Shown piece by piece: positions 27,021 through 42,649 of a stretch of 64,000 nucleotides of DNA; positions within the stretch are counted from its first letter, which is position 1; every line of letters begins with the position of its first letter. Under the pieces are notes generated by a model that searched no databases, was not told the origin of the DNA, and saw only the letters and a list, made by a program, of their open reading frames with translations. This DNA comes from the human T2T-CHM13v2.0 reference genome, Homo sapiens: the NCBI RefSeq assembly GCF_009914755.1, contig NC_060947.1. One strand, given 5' to 3'. Position numbers and translations under genes: made by a program.

Positions 27021-29169
27021 TGGATTTTAACATTCTGGGAGGCCAAGAACTGTGTTTAGTTCATCCATGCATCACTCATAGCACCTAACTCAAGCTCTGA
27101 CACATAACAGAGAATTAATAAAATTTGGATTGCCTCTCTGAGGTTATGCCAACACCATTCATCCAGTTCACTCTTAGCCCTGTAAAGATAATTTATAAAC
27201 GTATGTAAATAAACAACCTGCACCACTGCTTATTCTTGCCCCCAAATCCCAGTACTATTATATTGAGAGAGCTCTCCCTGGTGTTTTTCAATTCTCTTAA
27301 ACAAACTGGCTTCCCCTCTGGTGGTAGTGGTCATTCTGTCTCTCCTTGGAGGCAAAGGGATGTATTGGGTAAGTCTTTCAGTTCCTTGGGTCTGCCATTT
27401 TGGAACTTCCTTCAACTTCATTTGAGAAATATTCACCTACTGCGGTAAATGCTTAAATTAGTAGGGCTCTTCTGGTGGGCAGTGTGGCTAATACAACACA
27501 AGCCATAAAAATGTGTATACCCTTACAAATGATGTTCAAAATGGAATTAATTAATTATAATTATCAAAAATAGCAGAATAAAAAGAAAATATCTTAAATG
27601 ATCAATAAGGAAATAGTAAATTCTAGTAGATGCTGAAAGTGAAGTCTTATGCAGCCATTAAACTTTTTATTTTCAGATAATATTTAATGACCTGGTAAAT
27701 GGTCATAATACGATGTATGGTGAGTAAGATGGTCCCAGACACTAAAGTCTAGGAGAGGAGGCATGGACTATGCCAACAATTATAAACCTAATTATTATAA
27801 AGAAAATTAGGATCACAATTTGTATCTTACCACAATGCAAGGCACATAGTAGGTGCTCAGTAAATATGCAACGAGTGAAAGAAAGAATGAATGCAAGCAA
27901 ACAAACAGTGTAAGAAACTAAAGCAAAATGATACACTTTGGGTTGTGACACTGCAGGTGATCTTTATTTTCTTTTTAGTATTTTATGGATGTTTAACTTT
28001 GTTTTCTAATGAACAATGTATTACTCTCAATATCTGAAAAATATCTTACTGAATGGATACTACCTACAAAAGAAGAAGAGGAGCCAAATCTGTTCATGTA
28101 AAGAGAAAAATGTGAGTGAGAAAAGCAAGAACTATCTGGAGAACCTGGAGGTATTTTTCAGATGAGATGTTATTTTTTTCCCACAGCATGACAAGAAGCA
28201 GCTGTTGAAACCCCCCTTTGTGTTCGGCATATAACTTTAGAAATGAAGACAACTTTTAATTCTTCAATTAGGCTCAAAAGAAGGAAATGGGGAAGCACAT
28301 CACAAAAATGGGCTTCTTGTCCTTTGAGTTCAAATTCAAAGTATAAGTTGGTTGCTTGAGCTTGGGCCCCAGGAATCCCTGCTCGCATGGGAAGCCTTAG
28401 GAATAGAAAACAGGCAAAGCCTTGGGAAAAATACTGTCACATCAAATCATCTTTGAAGTAACTTTCATAATGAGACTTGAAGATACTGTATTTGCCTAAA
28501 AATAAAGTTTGGAGTGAGTTCAAAATTTGTAATTTATGAGAGCCTTTGGCATATATTGGATGACTTCATTTTGATCTCCTCTTTGATGTGATGTATCAAT
28601 CAATTTTCTTTTCTCCTACCATTGTTCTTGGATGTGTACAACAGAGCCCTTTATTTTCAGAAAAGCAATTAGCATGAAATGTTACTTATGGTGTCTTAAA
28701 CTATGTGTTCTATAAATGGTAAATTGTTGTAATTACCAGAAGATGAAAGTCATATATTGGATACATTCTTATAATTATTATAAAGAAATGGCCTGGTCAT
28801 GGACTGAAATCAAATTACAGATGCATAAAATTCAATTTCACTTTTCTCGAGATCTGTGTAAAAGTTGAACACACACAAAATGTGGTTTCAAATGTAACAT
28901 GCTGGCACAGAAGCAGTTTCTGCACAGATGCTGTGAAATGACACATTTCTAGAATTTTCCATGCCGTCTCAAGGCCCAGTTGTGTTTTCTTGTGACCACC
29001 ACACTCTAAATTTAAAAAGTGCTAACATCTGGTTTAGCAGATCCCCAATCCCTCTTTTTCATTTGCTTTATGAGGAAATAAAACAACAACACATCAAACT
29101 AAAGATGCAAGAAGGGAAATATTGTGCTGGCAAGGCCATTTCTGAGGCAAAGTATAAGACTTTCACACT

Positions 29170-29965
29170 TGTTAATATATATATAATTAATATATGTATA
29201 TATTGCATACAATATAAATAATTGTATGCAATATAATTATATTGTACACAATAAAAATAATTGTATTCTATATAATGATATTGTACACAATATAAATAAT
29301 TGTATTCTATATAATGATATTGTACACAATATAATTGTATGCAATATAATTATATTGTATACAATATAATTAACTGTAATGATTAATATACAATATATAA
29401 AAATATAGAACTACATTATTAATATAATATATACTTAATATAATATATAATATATATATTATTTTATATATGATATAATATAAAATATAATATATATTAT
29501 ATTATATATTCTATAATATAAAATATAACATATAATATAGTCTATAATATAAAATATAACATATATTATATATTATGTAATATAAAATATAATATATTTT
29601 ATATAATCCAATTATATTAATATATAATTTAGATTATATATTAATATATAATATATTAATGTAATCTTTTATATTTATATATTTATGTAAAGATATAAAA
29701 ATAATAGATTATATATATGTTTATATATTATAATGTATTAACATAAACTTTCATATTTATAGATTTACAATCTATAAATAGATTATAAATATATAATATT
29801 AAAGATATTAATATATTAATCATGTGAATATATTGATTATATATACTATATAATATATATTAATGCATATTATAAATATGTAATATATAATAAATATGTA
29901 TTATATATTTATAATATAATATATACATATAATATATTTATAATCCAAAAGTCAACATTAACTCA
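29170..29965. repeat. AT-rich low-complexity tract with a ~39-bp minisatellite at its left end
   Basis: Repeated tgatattgtacacaatataaataattgtattctatataa followed by degenerate TA/TAA runs. Confidence 0.9.
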
Positions 29966-29969
29966 TTAA

Positions 29970-30690
29970 CATTATAGGATGGTTATATAAAAAAGACCAG
30001 GAATAACCAGTGTTGACAAAGATGTGGAGAAATTGGAACCCTCATGCACTACTGGTAGAAGTGCAAAATGTTGCAGCCATTTTGCAATACAGTCTGACAG
30101 TCCCTCAAAAAGTTAAATTTGAAATCATCATATGACCCAGCAATTCCACTCCTAGGTATATATCCAAGAGAACTGAAATCACCTGTCCACCCAAAAACCT
30201 CTATATGAATGCTCATAGCAGCTCCATTCATAATAGCTGAGAAATGGAAATAACCCAAATGTCCATCAATGGATAAATAGATAAATAAAATGTGATTAAC
30301 TCATACAAGGGAATGTTATTGGTCACAAAAAAGAAGTGAAGCTCTGATAGTGCTAGAGCAGGGATGCACCTTGAAAACATTTAGCTAAATGAAAAAAGCC
30401 AGACACAAAAGATCACATAGTGTGTGATTCTGTTTACATGAAATGTTCAATATAGGTAAATCCATAGAGATAGTAAGCAGATTTGTGACCACCAAAAGCT
30501 GGAGGGAAAAGGAAATGTGGAGTGCCTGCTGACAATTATGGGATTTCCTATGGAGGTGTGAAAACTGCTCCAGAATTAGTAGTGATGGTGGCACAACTCT
30601 GAATAAACTAAAAACCACCCAACTGTATGCCTTAAAAGGGTGAATTGTGTATCTTAGGAATTGTACTTCAATAAAGCTGCTATTTTAAAA
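29970..30690 (+). mobile_element. L1MB-type ORF2 end and 3' UTR
   Basis: gatgtggagaaattggaaccctc, atatgacccagcaattccactcctagg, caataaagctg. Confidence 0.88.
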
Positions 30691-31342
30691 ACTCAATATG
30701 AAATGGATGAACTGAAAATAAAGATGATTATTCAAATAATGTCTGTGTCAAAAATGGAAAGTTTATGAATTCCACAGCATATGATTTAAAGGGGGAAATG
30801 TAGAACATCTACTGTGTTCCAGACACTGTTTTAAGGGCTGGGAATAAAGAATGGACATAACAAAGTCCCTGCCCTCATAAATTTCACATTCCGAGGACTC
30901 AGCTTTACACAATCTGGCAGATGGGTGTGACTTTAGGTTTGGAGGAACTCCCAGAAGAAGGTTTAGGGGGTTGAGAGAAAAGCTCCTGAACCTCCTTGTT
31001 CATTTATAAAACAGTGCTATTTGCTGTTTTCTGCTCTCCACCCCAAACATTTATTTTTAGGACGAAGTGCAAATAGTCTTGCTTCTTGAAAAATTGCTCC
31101 TACAGACCGTGTCTCAAAACTGCTATGAAGCTAAATCCCAGCTTCTCATGCAGAGAGACCTTATCTATCTGGGGAAAGCCAGAGTGAGTCATGAAAGGCA
31201 TGGACGACTGAAGTTGAGGTTGGTTTAAGCACCTTCAGGGAACAGATCAGCATGACCTATATTTACAGATTTACAGGAATCATCACAATTCATTTTATGT
31301 AAACTTGGGTTGTTGAACACTTTAGGACTGCTCCAGTTTTAA

Positions 31343-31681
<339 letters not shown>

Positions 31682-33669
31682 TGATCCATCTCTGCTCCAT
31701 GGACTGCAGTGGTTACCACTGCTGACGACACTAAGTAGCCTGTTTTCCAAAACACTCTCATCACAGCCAGGGGCATCCTGTCCATCAGCCTTACTTCCAC
31801 TCTTTCCCTAAATATACAGCTTCTCTGCTTCCCTCCACCAGCTGAGCAGAGCACCTAGCTTTTCCCTATAGACACCACGCTAGTTCTGTTCTCATGTTAC
31901 TCAAAATGCCCATACCTTTCTCTCTACATTACTTTTCAAAACCAAGTATAAATTCAACCTCCTCCAGGAAACTTTCTACAGTTCTCCAGACCATAGTGAC
32001 CTTAGGTGTGCCACACACAGCTACTCAATTACCTCAGCTCAGTCGTGAGCTCCTTGAGGTCAGCGATCATATGGTTTGCCGCTCTTCCTCCAGTTCCTCT
32101 CACACAATAAGAGGCATGTAGAAGCTTCAGGGCTAGTACTGATTCTGCGAGCTTATCCTACCTCAGATATGTGAAAGGGTACATTGAGTATTTCCTTTTC
32201 TAAGTGAAATTACTAAAAAGATTTCTTTATGAGACATAATGCAAGAAAACGGGGGTGTTGTTTCTGCTTCTTTCCTATATAAACTGAGCTTGAATAATAC
32301 TGAGCCTTCCACTGACTCACCATCTGCCAAGGCCACATCATTGTATTACCAAATGGCAAGCCGATTGAGCTCAGATTCACTGAACAGAACTATGGGACTT
32401 TTAAAACTGTTCTCATGCCATTTTCTACCTTAATTTTTAGATTTTAATAATTTTCAGATTAGTTGTGCTAGAGATCTTCTCTATCACCTTTCCGCTACTA
32501 AACCAAGTGAATTTTCCTCTTGCAGCTAACTCGTGCTTCAATGATATCAGCCACAGTACAAGGCTCATGTTTTGCAGCCATTTTTGTTTGTCTTAGGTCC
32601 TGAAAAAAAGAAGTCCTGAGATCATGTTGTTGCCCTAAACATTCAAATACTCAAATTTAGATGCTGATTATGTGGAGTTCTTCATGGACATTCTACATGC
32701 CATGTAGTTGTTAAACTCATCAATGTAAATACTATGAAGTTTGACAAAATGAAAAAAAAGTTTTTTCCAGGTGCTTGCAACAATTGTATGATCATGGGGT
32801 GGATGGCGAATAAGATAATACATTGCCATATTATTGGAGGAGAGAAAGTGCCGGCAAAATTGATTGAGAACATTTTGAAAGAAATATGAAAGTGGCACAA
32901 CATAATTGAAAAGAGAATTGTCGCAAGACACAGTTGCAAAGAGAGCTGTCTGAAGAATATGGATTTTAGTCCCAGGAGCTAATCTAAAAGACCTAATGAA
33001 GTATATTAATGTGAAGAACAAGACAATTACTTTCAAAGACAAATCTGTGGCATCTACATCTTCTGATCTCCAAATCACAGGCAAAAAGAAGAAAGAAAAA
33101 CAAATCTGCAGAATCTACCCTATGACATGAGCGATGTGATGTCTAGTGCACACAAAGCTTAGGAGATGCTATTGCTGCATTAGGAATCTGTGTTCACTAT
33201 TTCAACTTGTTTTCCCCTCTCTCTTTGTAAAAGCATGGATAAGGGGAGTTACAGCCCTTCCCCCATCCATCCTCACTCCAAACCATCCTACACACTACTG
33301 GCAGAGTCACTATCCAAACCCCCCCTGCATCCTGCCGCTCTTTTAAACTGACATTGTGGCAACCAGCCTACCTTATTCGCCTCATTGTCCACTATCTGCA
33401 TTCCTCTCCATTCACTCAAGCCAGTCAGTTAGTCACTAGGCCATCCCACAAACCCACCAAATTGCAGCACCGCAGTCTTAGAACCATAGCACATGCAATT
33501 TTCTATACCTGCAATAATCTTGCCACTTATCAAAATCCCACTCAGTTTTTTAAAGGTCCAGTTTAAGTCTCTGATTACTCCAGCTCATTCACGCCAGTGA
33601 ATTCCACTCCCTATTACTTCCTCATTTGACTGTCTCATACTAATTTGCATGACAGATCACTTTTTACAC

Positions 33670-33893
33670 CAGTGGTTTGCAGTAGGAGGCGATTTTGCAT
33701 CACAGAGGAAATGGAAGGCCGTGGAAATGTCTAGACATTTCTCATTGTTACAACTAGGAAGGGGGTACAACTGGCATCTAGTAGGCCAGGGCCAGGCCAG
33801 GGATGCTGCTAAACTTCCTACAATGCACAGGGCAACCCCCTACAACAAAGAATTATCTAGCTCAGAATGTCAATAGAACCAGTGTTGAGAAGG
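33670..33893 (+). mobile_element. MER20 hAT-Charlie element within L2-like sequence
   Basis: ctggcatctagtagg...gggatgctgctaaacttcctacaatgcacagg...caaagaattatc. Confidence 0.85.
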
Positions 33894-34094
33894 GTTGTCT
33901 CTTCAACAGGATTGGAAGCTGTCTGAGCAGGAACATTGGCATTCCCTGTGTCTAGCACGGTGCTGAGTACCTACAATAGCATCCCTCGATAAATGTGTGT
34001 TGATTATATGTCACCAACTATCTGGTTGAGTAAAAAGAAAAAAAATAAGTTAAAATGATGCATTTGGCTTTCTTCTACTTTTAATGAAGTTTAA

Positions 34095-34427
<333 letters not shown>

Positions 34428-35045
34428 TAAATATCACTTTTAAAGAATGGCATTTTAGACTAATGCTCCATGTCCTTTCTTCTTAAGATCTTTATGAGAT
34501 GGATAGCCCTTACTAAGGAAATGGGGACAGCGAGTAGTTGAGGGGCTTGTCTGAAGTTGTCGATTATGATGGAACTTGAGAGAACAGTTCTCAGTCTTTC
34601 ATGTTCCACGTAGTTGTGTCTGAACAGAATATAGACAATTAATTCACTCATTCAGCAGACTTTGAATGAATTCCGATTATGCAGCAGACACCGGGCTATG
34701 CTCACTTCTCCAGTTTTGGTATGATGCATTTATTGCTGCAGGCCAGAAGTCATGTCACTGTCATGGCATACATTTTCCCATGAAAATAATGCTGCAATCT
34801 TGACCAGAGATTAGGCTCCAAGTATATCACAGATACGACTATGCATGTAACATAAAGGCAATCACAACCAAATTATAGTGTAGCTTCTATAATAAATTAA
34901 AATAGACAATTGTTCTATAAGTTCTTTAAATAAACAATGGCCTCTGGATACAATGATGTATGTATTCAACATGCAGAATACAACTCTATTAAATATAAAT
35001 TCAACTCAATAAAGTAGTTAAAATGTATATCAGATGCTGGATTGA

Positions 35046-35370
<325 letters not shown>

Positions 35371-36384
35371 AAAATGTTTTTACCTTCTACTAATTAGAGA
35401 GGACTTGGGAGGTAGTATGTGAAGCTGAATTTAAAGCCCTAAATCTTTTCTAAAAGTTGCCTTAAAGGAGTTGGAATTGGCCTTTTCTTTTTCTCCAAGG
35501 CCTTCTTGACACTTGGCTGCCAGCTATCAGAACATTTCACACTTCCTGAAAAGCTATAAAAACATTTAGCTGATCATCAGCACTATGTTTCTTTTTTCAA
35601 AAGGTGCTTCAAAACATTTTTCCAAAAAAATGTAAAAACAAGAATAAACAGTATCCTGGAATGGAGGAAGAAAACAGAGAGAATTGCTGTGTGGGTGTTT
35701 AATTAGGCAGCAACCACCTGCCTGAGCAGCACAGGGAAAAGCAAAGGGGTGCACAAACTGCCAGCAGGGAATGGAGGACTGGATCAAGTCACAAGGAAAA
35801 ACTGGTGGCAACTCAGGCTGGAATACATGCTATGTGTGCTTGGGTAATGGCTGTGATTTAGCAGCAGTTCAATCCACTCTGAAAACAAGACTCCATCTTT
35901 TAAAACATGCTTCATACCTCATTGATGATATTTTACATCCTTTCCCCAGACCCATGAGGACCATCTAGTAAGTGAAGCTGCTCTGAAGTAGATTAAATGT
36001 GCAAGCTGCATCCTAGCAGTTAAGCCCCATCTAATCTAAGAATTAGTGAAAATTCATAATTTGCACTGGATGCAAATATCACATTACTATCATTTCAAGT
36101 AAAATGCCTGAAAGAGTACAGCAGAACTGTCAGATGCTGATATCTTACAGGGTAGTCTGAAATTGGATCAAAACCTCTATAGTTTTTTTTTTAGCTCATT
36201 AAGACATGAGCTGCAAAATAAACTTAAGAGAAAAGAATGCAAAGCTTCTCTAAATTAATGGAGGCAGAGGCAATATTTGCAGAGGTTAATTTGAAGAAGA
36301 TTCATTTGGGACTGTTTCAGCAAGCCCTATGATCCTCCACATTGGCCCCATCTCCCCTGCCACGTCCAGAACACATAATAATGA

Positions 36385-36620
36385 TGAAAAATCAGCATTT
36401 CTTGAACCTTTACCATGTGCCTGGTCTGTGCTAAGTAGTTCACAGGAATAAATTCCCCTGTTCCTCCCAATAACCCTATAAGGTTGGTACCCTTACTATT
36501 GCCAGTTTACAGATAAGGAAACTGAGACTCAGAGAGATAGTGGATAGCCCAAACCCACACAGCTAGCAAGTGGCACAGTCGTAATTCTAACCCAGTAGGT
36601 CTGCCGCCTGAGTCCCTAGC
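36385..36620 (-). mobile_element. MIR
   Basis: ttacagataaggaaactgagactcagaga. Confidence 0.8.
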
Positions 36621-37055
36621 TCCAGCTCCACCCACTGTCAGTCACCCACCTTCACTCACATCCCTTCTCCAGATGGTCCTCCACATCTGTGAGCTGCATT
36701 TCTCACAGGAGTGGATGAAGCTGCCCTTACGGGGGAGGCATCAGAAACCACCGTGCACATGCAAGATCAGCTACATGGAATACATGTTGAGCCCATCTCT
36801 GATTTGCACAGGAGCCAAGCTTCACTGACTTTGTTCAGTCTCCATATGGCCAGCCCTTTACACATCAAGAGTTCTGGTACCTGGCTGCCATCTCCCTCCC
36901 TGTGTTTAAGATAAATTTTTCCTCCTTTGCCTCCCAAAGGATTGTGACCTTTTCATCATCCAAATAATTTTTAGACCTACCCTCTCCTTCAGTATAAAAC
37001 TGCCCTCATGCCTCCCTTCATCCTGGCTGAAAACAACGTCTCTGATGTGAGCGCA

Positions 37056-37440
37056 TAATAGCTACCATTTATAGAGCACTTACCAAGTGTCAGGCACTAT
37101 GCCAGGCACTTTGCATGCATCCTATCATTGAACCCTCATAACTATTCCATGAGATAGACACTAGTATTGTTCCTATTTTACAGATGACGACATTGAGTCT
37201 CAGTTAGATCAATTGATTTGCCCAAGGTAACCCATCAGGGCAGTGCCACAGGCTGGATTAGGGCCTGAAGCTATGGCTCGTTGACAGGTCATTTTACTTG
37301 CCCAGCCTCAGTGCGCTCACTCATCTGTTACATGATGAAAATAAGAGTTTCCACCTAATGGAGTTGTTGTGAGAATGACATGAGATAATGCAGGCAAAGA
37401 CTTAGCACAGTGCCTGAACAGAGTAAGCCCTTGACAATGA
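37056..37440. mobile_element. Two adjacent MIRs in opposite orientation
   Basis: ttttacagatgacg (minus, ~37056-37270) then ctcatctgttacatg...gttgttgtgagaatg (plus, ~37295-37440). Confidence 0.65.
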
Positions 37441-38230
37441 ATATTCCCCTTACTGACGAGCAGGATTCATGAGGTGGGCTGCTACTCCGAGCCCCCAGCC
37501 TCAAGATGACTGGAAAACTGAATACAGATCCAGGCTAACTAGCTGAAGCTGAGCCTTGAGCCTGTCTTAGGAGCAGGGGATAAGGTGCCTTTGGGTTTTG
37601 TTTCTGTGCCAAGATGTTATTATCCACCATATACCTACAATCAAGCCAATCTACACACCATCTAGGTGAGACAGCATACTGTGGCACATGCTATTGTGGA
37701 CTGTAGCTGAACACATTAGCAAACACTCTGGATTGACATGTCCTCCACCCATACCTAACTGTAAGGTTTCTCACATACACTGTCTTACCAAAAACTAGAA
37801 AGGATAAGACTGTTTTCTGTTGGGTCAGTGATGAGTCCAAACTTCTGACAGGAGATAAAGGTAGTCATAACATGAAAAGATATAAGACAATAACCCAATT
37901 GGTTTGAAAGGTTAAAAGGCTAGGTAGACATAGAATAACTTCGTATGTCCTAAGTGTAATATTCAAGGTATAAAGGAAGATTCTAAGTAAAAAGAAGGGG
38001 TGTCTACTTCTCCCTTGCAGAAAATAAGAGAAAGCTTCATAGAGGGGAAGACAGTTGAGCTGGGTCTTCAATGATGAGTTGAAGGCAGGCCGAGATGGTG
38101 AGGGGAGGGGAATAGCTTTTCAAGCAAAAAACAAAAACAAAACCACAACACAGAGGTATGTGAGGAAGATGAGTATTCTCAAGAATGGTGAGAGTAGTGA
38201 GAATTTAAGGGGGAGAGGTGGCTAGACAAG

Positions 38231-38602
38231 TGTATTAGTCCGTTTTTATACTGCTATAAAGAACTGCCCGAGACTGGGCAATTTATAAAGAAAGAGGTTT
38301 AACTGACTCACAGTTCCACATGGCTGGGGAGGCCTCAGGGAACCTATAATTGAGGTGGAAGGTGAACGGGAAGCAAGGCACGTCTTACATGGTGGCAGGA
38401 GACAGAGCACAGGCAGGGGAAACTGCTACTTATAAAACCATCCGATCTCATGAGAACTCACTCACTATCACAAGAATAGCATGGTGGGAATTGCCCCCAT
38501 GATTCAATCACCTCCACCTGGTCTCTCCCTTGAAACATGGGGATTATGGGGATTACAATTCAAGATGTGATTTGGGTGGGGACACAAAGCCTAACCATAT
38601 CA
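38231..38602 (-). mobile_element. THE1/MST MaLR solo LTR inside L2 fragments
   Basis: tgtattagtc...aaccatatca; TSD aca(a/g)g. Confidence 0.92.
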
Positions 38603-39099
38603 ACAGGTGAACAGAGGTCAGATGAACAAGAGCCTTGTATGGCAGGCCAAGGATCACAGCATTCATCCTGTGGTTTCAAATGTGTTCTGCAGAAGGTTGT
38701 GAGCAGGACTCATGCTTAAAAATATGAGTGTTTGGGAGGAGGGGTGATTCCATGATGAAATCCATTTGGGATGCTGAAGTATGTAAATGTAAGCCTGTTT
38801 TTAACTTAAGGGATTCTCAGGACATTTAATATGCTATCTGAATCTCCAAAAGGAAACAAAAAGTATAGTACACAGAAAGTTTCCAAAGCTACTTGACCAC
38901 AGTGGTCCTATTTTTCACAGAGTATCCTGGAAAAATAGGTTGCAAATGTACTTTGGAAAATAGAGGTTCTGAGAGCCATGGAACAGTTTAATTAGCACCT
39001 CAAAAGATCTCTGTCAGCGGCATGGAAAACAGACTCATGCAGTGAAGCAGATTCAGAGAGACTTTTTAGAAGGCTCTTGAAAAGAATCCTCACTTAAAG

Positions 39100-39660
39100 A
39101 AGGAGTCTTGGGCGTAGAGAAGAGAGAGATCGTCTTTAAGAAATAATCACAAAACAGAATGGAGAGAACTTGATGGACTGATTTAGATGAGTGGGTGAGG
39201 GAAAAGATACACCCAAGTTGCTGGCTTCATAGATCCTGCAAAGGGGGTTGAATGGGGTGGTGGTTAGGAGAAATGCTGGATTCCTTTTGGGAGTGTGTGG
39301 AGCCTCTGTAGGATATCCCAGATGAATAAGTCTAGTAGGCAGTAGATGGATAAGCCTGAAGCTTAGGAGAGAGGTCAGGACTGCAGAGGTAGATTTGAGA
39401 TTGATCAGCATAGAGCTGGTACACCTATGAAAATGAATGAGATAGTCCAATTCAAGAGAGAGAGAGAGACCATTCATGCTAAATACTATGAAGGCAGGTT
39501 AGATAAGGACTGATTAGGGTTGGGTTTGATGGTTTGGTCATCAAATGACCTACAGGAGTACTGCTTCATTGGAGATGCTGGGATAGAAGCCAGATTCAGG
39601 AACCAAAGAAGAATGAAAGGTGAAACTATGGAGAAAGCAAATCTAGGCAACATTTAGGAG
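39100..39660 (-). mobile_element. L2 fragment
   Basis: gaagcttaggagagaggtcaggactgcagaggtagatttgagattgatcagcatagag. Confidence 0.6.
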
Positions 39661-39719
39661 AAGAAAAGTAACAATATGTATATCCTTTTAAAAAGACATA
39701 GGGGAAGAGGGTCATGAGA

Positions 39720-39975
39720 GGTGAAGTAAAAGAAGCATAACTTCAATTATATGTCAGGTTAACCCAGGTTCTTACACAGTTTGTGTAACCTTGAGTAAAT
39801 CATGTCAGTGACCTGGGCCTCAGTTTCTAAATCCATAAAATTGGGATAGTAATCATAGGCACTTCAGGGCATACTTTGAAAATCAAATCATTTGCTAGGG
39901 TAACATATGGGTGAATGAATACCCTGGTGCCTGGTGCTTGGCACACAGTGGGTATTCCACAAGTGTTCAATCTCA
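39720..39975 (+). mobile_element. MIR
   Basis: gggcctcagtttctaaatccataaaattggg. Confidence 0.65.
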
Positions 39976-40194
39976 TTTCCTAAATCACAGAGACAATGAA
40001 ATAATGCTGGTGCTGTTTTGCAGACTCAAAATCTTGACACAGATTTGTGTGATAGATGGAGAGGGTGTCTGTAAATCTCTCTCAGATTTGTCTCTTTGTC
40101 AGGAACCTGAAACCTGCCCAGGCACGTGCAGTCTCTCCTCTTCCAAGCCCCAGTCCTTGTTTGTTTAAGTCATTCGCCACCATCTGAAGCAGCT

Positions 40195-40490
40195 GGAACT
40201 TTCCCCTTCATCTCTACCCACCCACACACACCCAAAGTAGGCCCTGGGGTCCCTGGCAGGGCAAATTTCCTCAACAATAGCTTTCTTTCACCCAAATGCA
40301 CACAGGGTCCTCCTGAGGGAATTCCCAGGGAGACCCCAAGCCTGGGAATTTCAGTCTGGAATTGCTGCACTCTAGGAACCCCTCCCTCAGGTCCCAATAA
40401 CTCCGCCTCAGGAAGCCCTCTCCAGCAAGGCCAGCCCAGGAGCACTGAGGTTTGTATTGGGAAAGTTCCTGGGAATGAAGCCTTAAATGG
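40195..40490. promoter_or_regulatory. Candidate enhancer with clustered NF-kB motifs, a STAT-type motif and a CArG box
   Basis: GGGAATTCCC, GGGAGACCCC, GGGAATTTCA, GGGAAAGTTCC (both strands), TTCCTGGGAA, CCTTAAATGG. Confidence 0.5.
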
Positions 40491-40849
40491 AAGATGAGGC
40501 CTTATTTGCTTGGGGCCTCCTAAAAGTCTCCTCTCCATAGACTTTTGCACACTGGGAGAGTCATAAAGTAATGAAGGCAAGCAATTCTTTTGAATGCAGA
40601 AGGCAAGGGTTGCCAAAAATATTCGCCTGGAAAGCTAGCAATATTAGCTGGAATCAGGCAGGAGAGGGAGGCAATCCAAACCATCAAAGCAAGGTGCCGA
40701 AGGAATTTGGCACAGGCATTCGGAGTATTGAGGCCAACGTATACACTTCTCACTCTTGTCACCATGAAGAATGTGACTCTCCCTCTAAGTTGCAAGCGGA
40801 TGGATGAGCAGAGCAGAAAAATATCCCCAAATTCAACAAGACACTCTAA

Positions 40850-41336
<487 letters not shown>

Positions 41337-42649
41337 CCAGAACATGTAAAATGCTCAAGCATAATGCCTAACACACAATGGTTGTGAGCTAAACAAGAGC
41401 CCCCTCTTCTGCTTTCTCAGCAGACACCAACCACACCATTGAAAGAAACTTCATTTGGTCGGGCTGGCACCACATCAAAAAACAATCCCACAGATTGTCA
41501 AATGAGGTCCTAAAGAAATGACCAGATGGTATTTGAAATCTTTACACATTAGGCTCGACCACTTCCAGGTGCCAGACGTGTCCCTTGGGAAAGCTCTCTA
41601 GAATCTGTCCTTTTCTGTCCCACTCTACCTCGTCCTTGGTTCGGTTCAGAAAAGTGGATATCCTTGTCCAGAGATATGGACCCCTGAGTCACTTCAGATT
41701 GCAGGCCCCAGTTGTAATAGTGACTGAAACACAACAGTGACTGAAACAATTTGTTGAAACACATTGACAGCTAACAATGTATTAAAAGGCTCCTTAGCCT
41801 TTCAATATTTGATATAAACCTTCTCACTCAGTTACACTTTTCAATTTAAAAGCTACATTTGAGTCTTCTCAACTTAATTGAGGCAAAAGAAAACAATTAA
41901 ACGTTTTATCAAAGTCAAGTCTTACTGGTAGCTTTCAACATACCCCCAGAGAGACCTTGCATGGCAACTCTATCACACAAGACTTCAGGCTGATGCTGAG
42001 GCTCAAGTGTGGCCTTGGAAGTGTTCAGAAGACAGAAACGGGGAGAACCAAAGCATAAAATTGCTTTGAAATGATGAAACAAAGATGCATTTTCTTCCCA
42101 ATCAAATCATCCCTGGAAATCCTGACAACAGGTTTACTCAACGACCTTGAAATCTAATCTCTAGCATTGCTGGTCATACTTTGGTCCCCTGTTCAGCACA
42201 TCACCCTATAATGCAGCCCATTTGACTATAAATCACTCCCAAAGGGACACACTAACATCATTGGACACTTGGAGGATGGCTTCTAACACGATCGCTGAAT
42301 TGAATTGAAGCGCAAAAATACCTTCTGCCAGCTCCAAAACACTCACTGTTCAAATGGCAATGCCATGATGGAAGTTAAAATTGGGGGCAGACCAGCCCCA
42401 AAACTAGGCTGAGTTCATGTGCTCTCAGAGGTAGAACCATTCCAAAAACGTGGGGACAGGGAGACTGAAAAGTTCATTCTCATCCTTGCAATTACTATGG
42501 GATTATGTTATTTACAACCAACTGAGGGAGCACCGTCGAGTTCTGGTTACCATAGTAGAAAGGGCACTGCACTGGGAGACAGCCGAGTCCATTCTTGGAT
42601 CTGCTGCTATCCAGCTGTATGATTTTTGAGAGATACAGACAAGTGATTA

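Noticed and set aside
29200-29370. CRISPR-like repeat array
   Set aside because: Tandem AT-rich units without unique spacers, in eukaryotic DNA.
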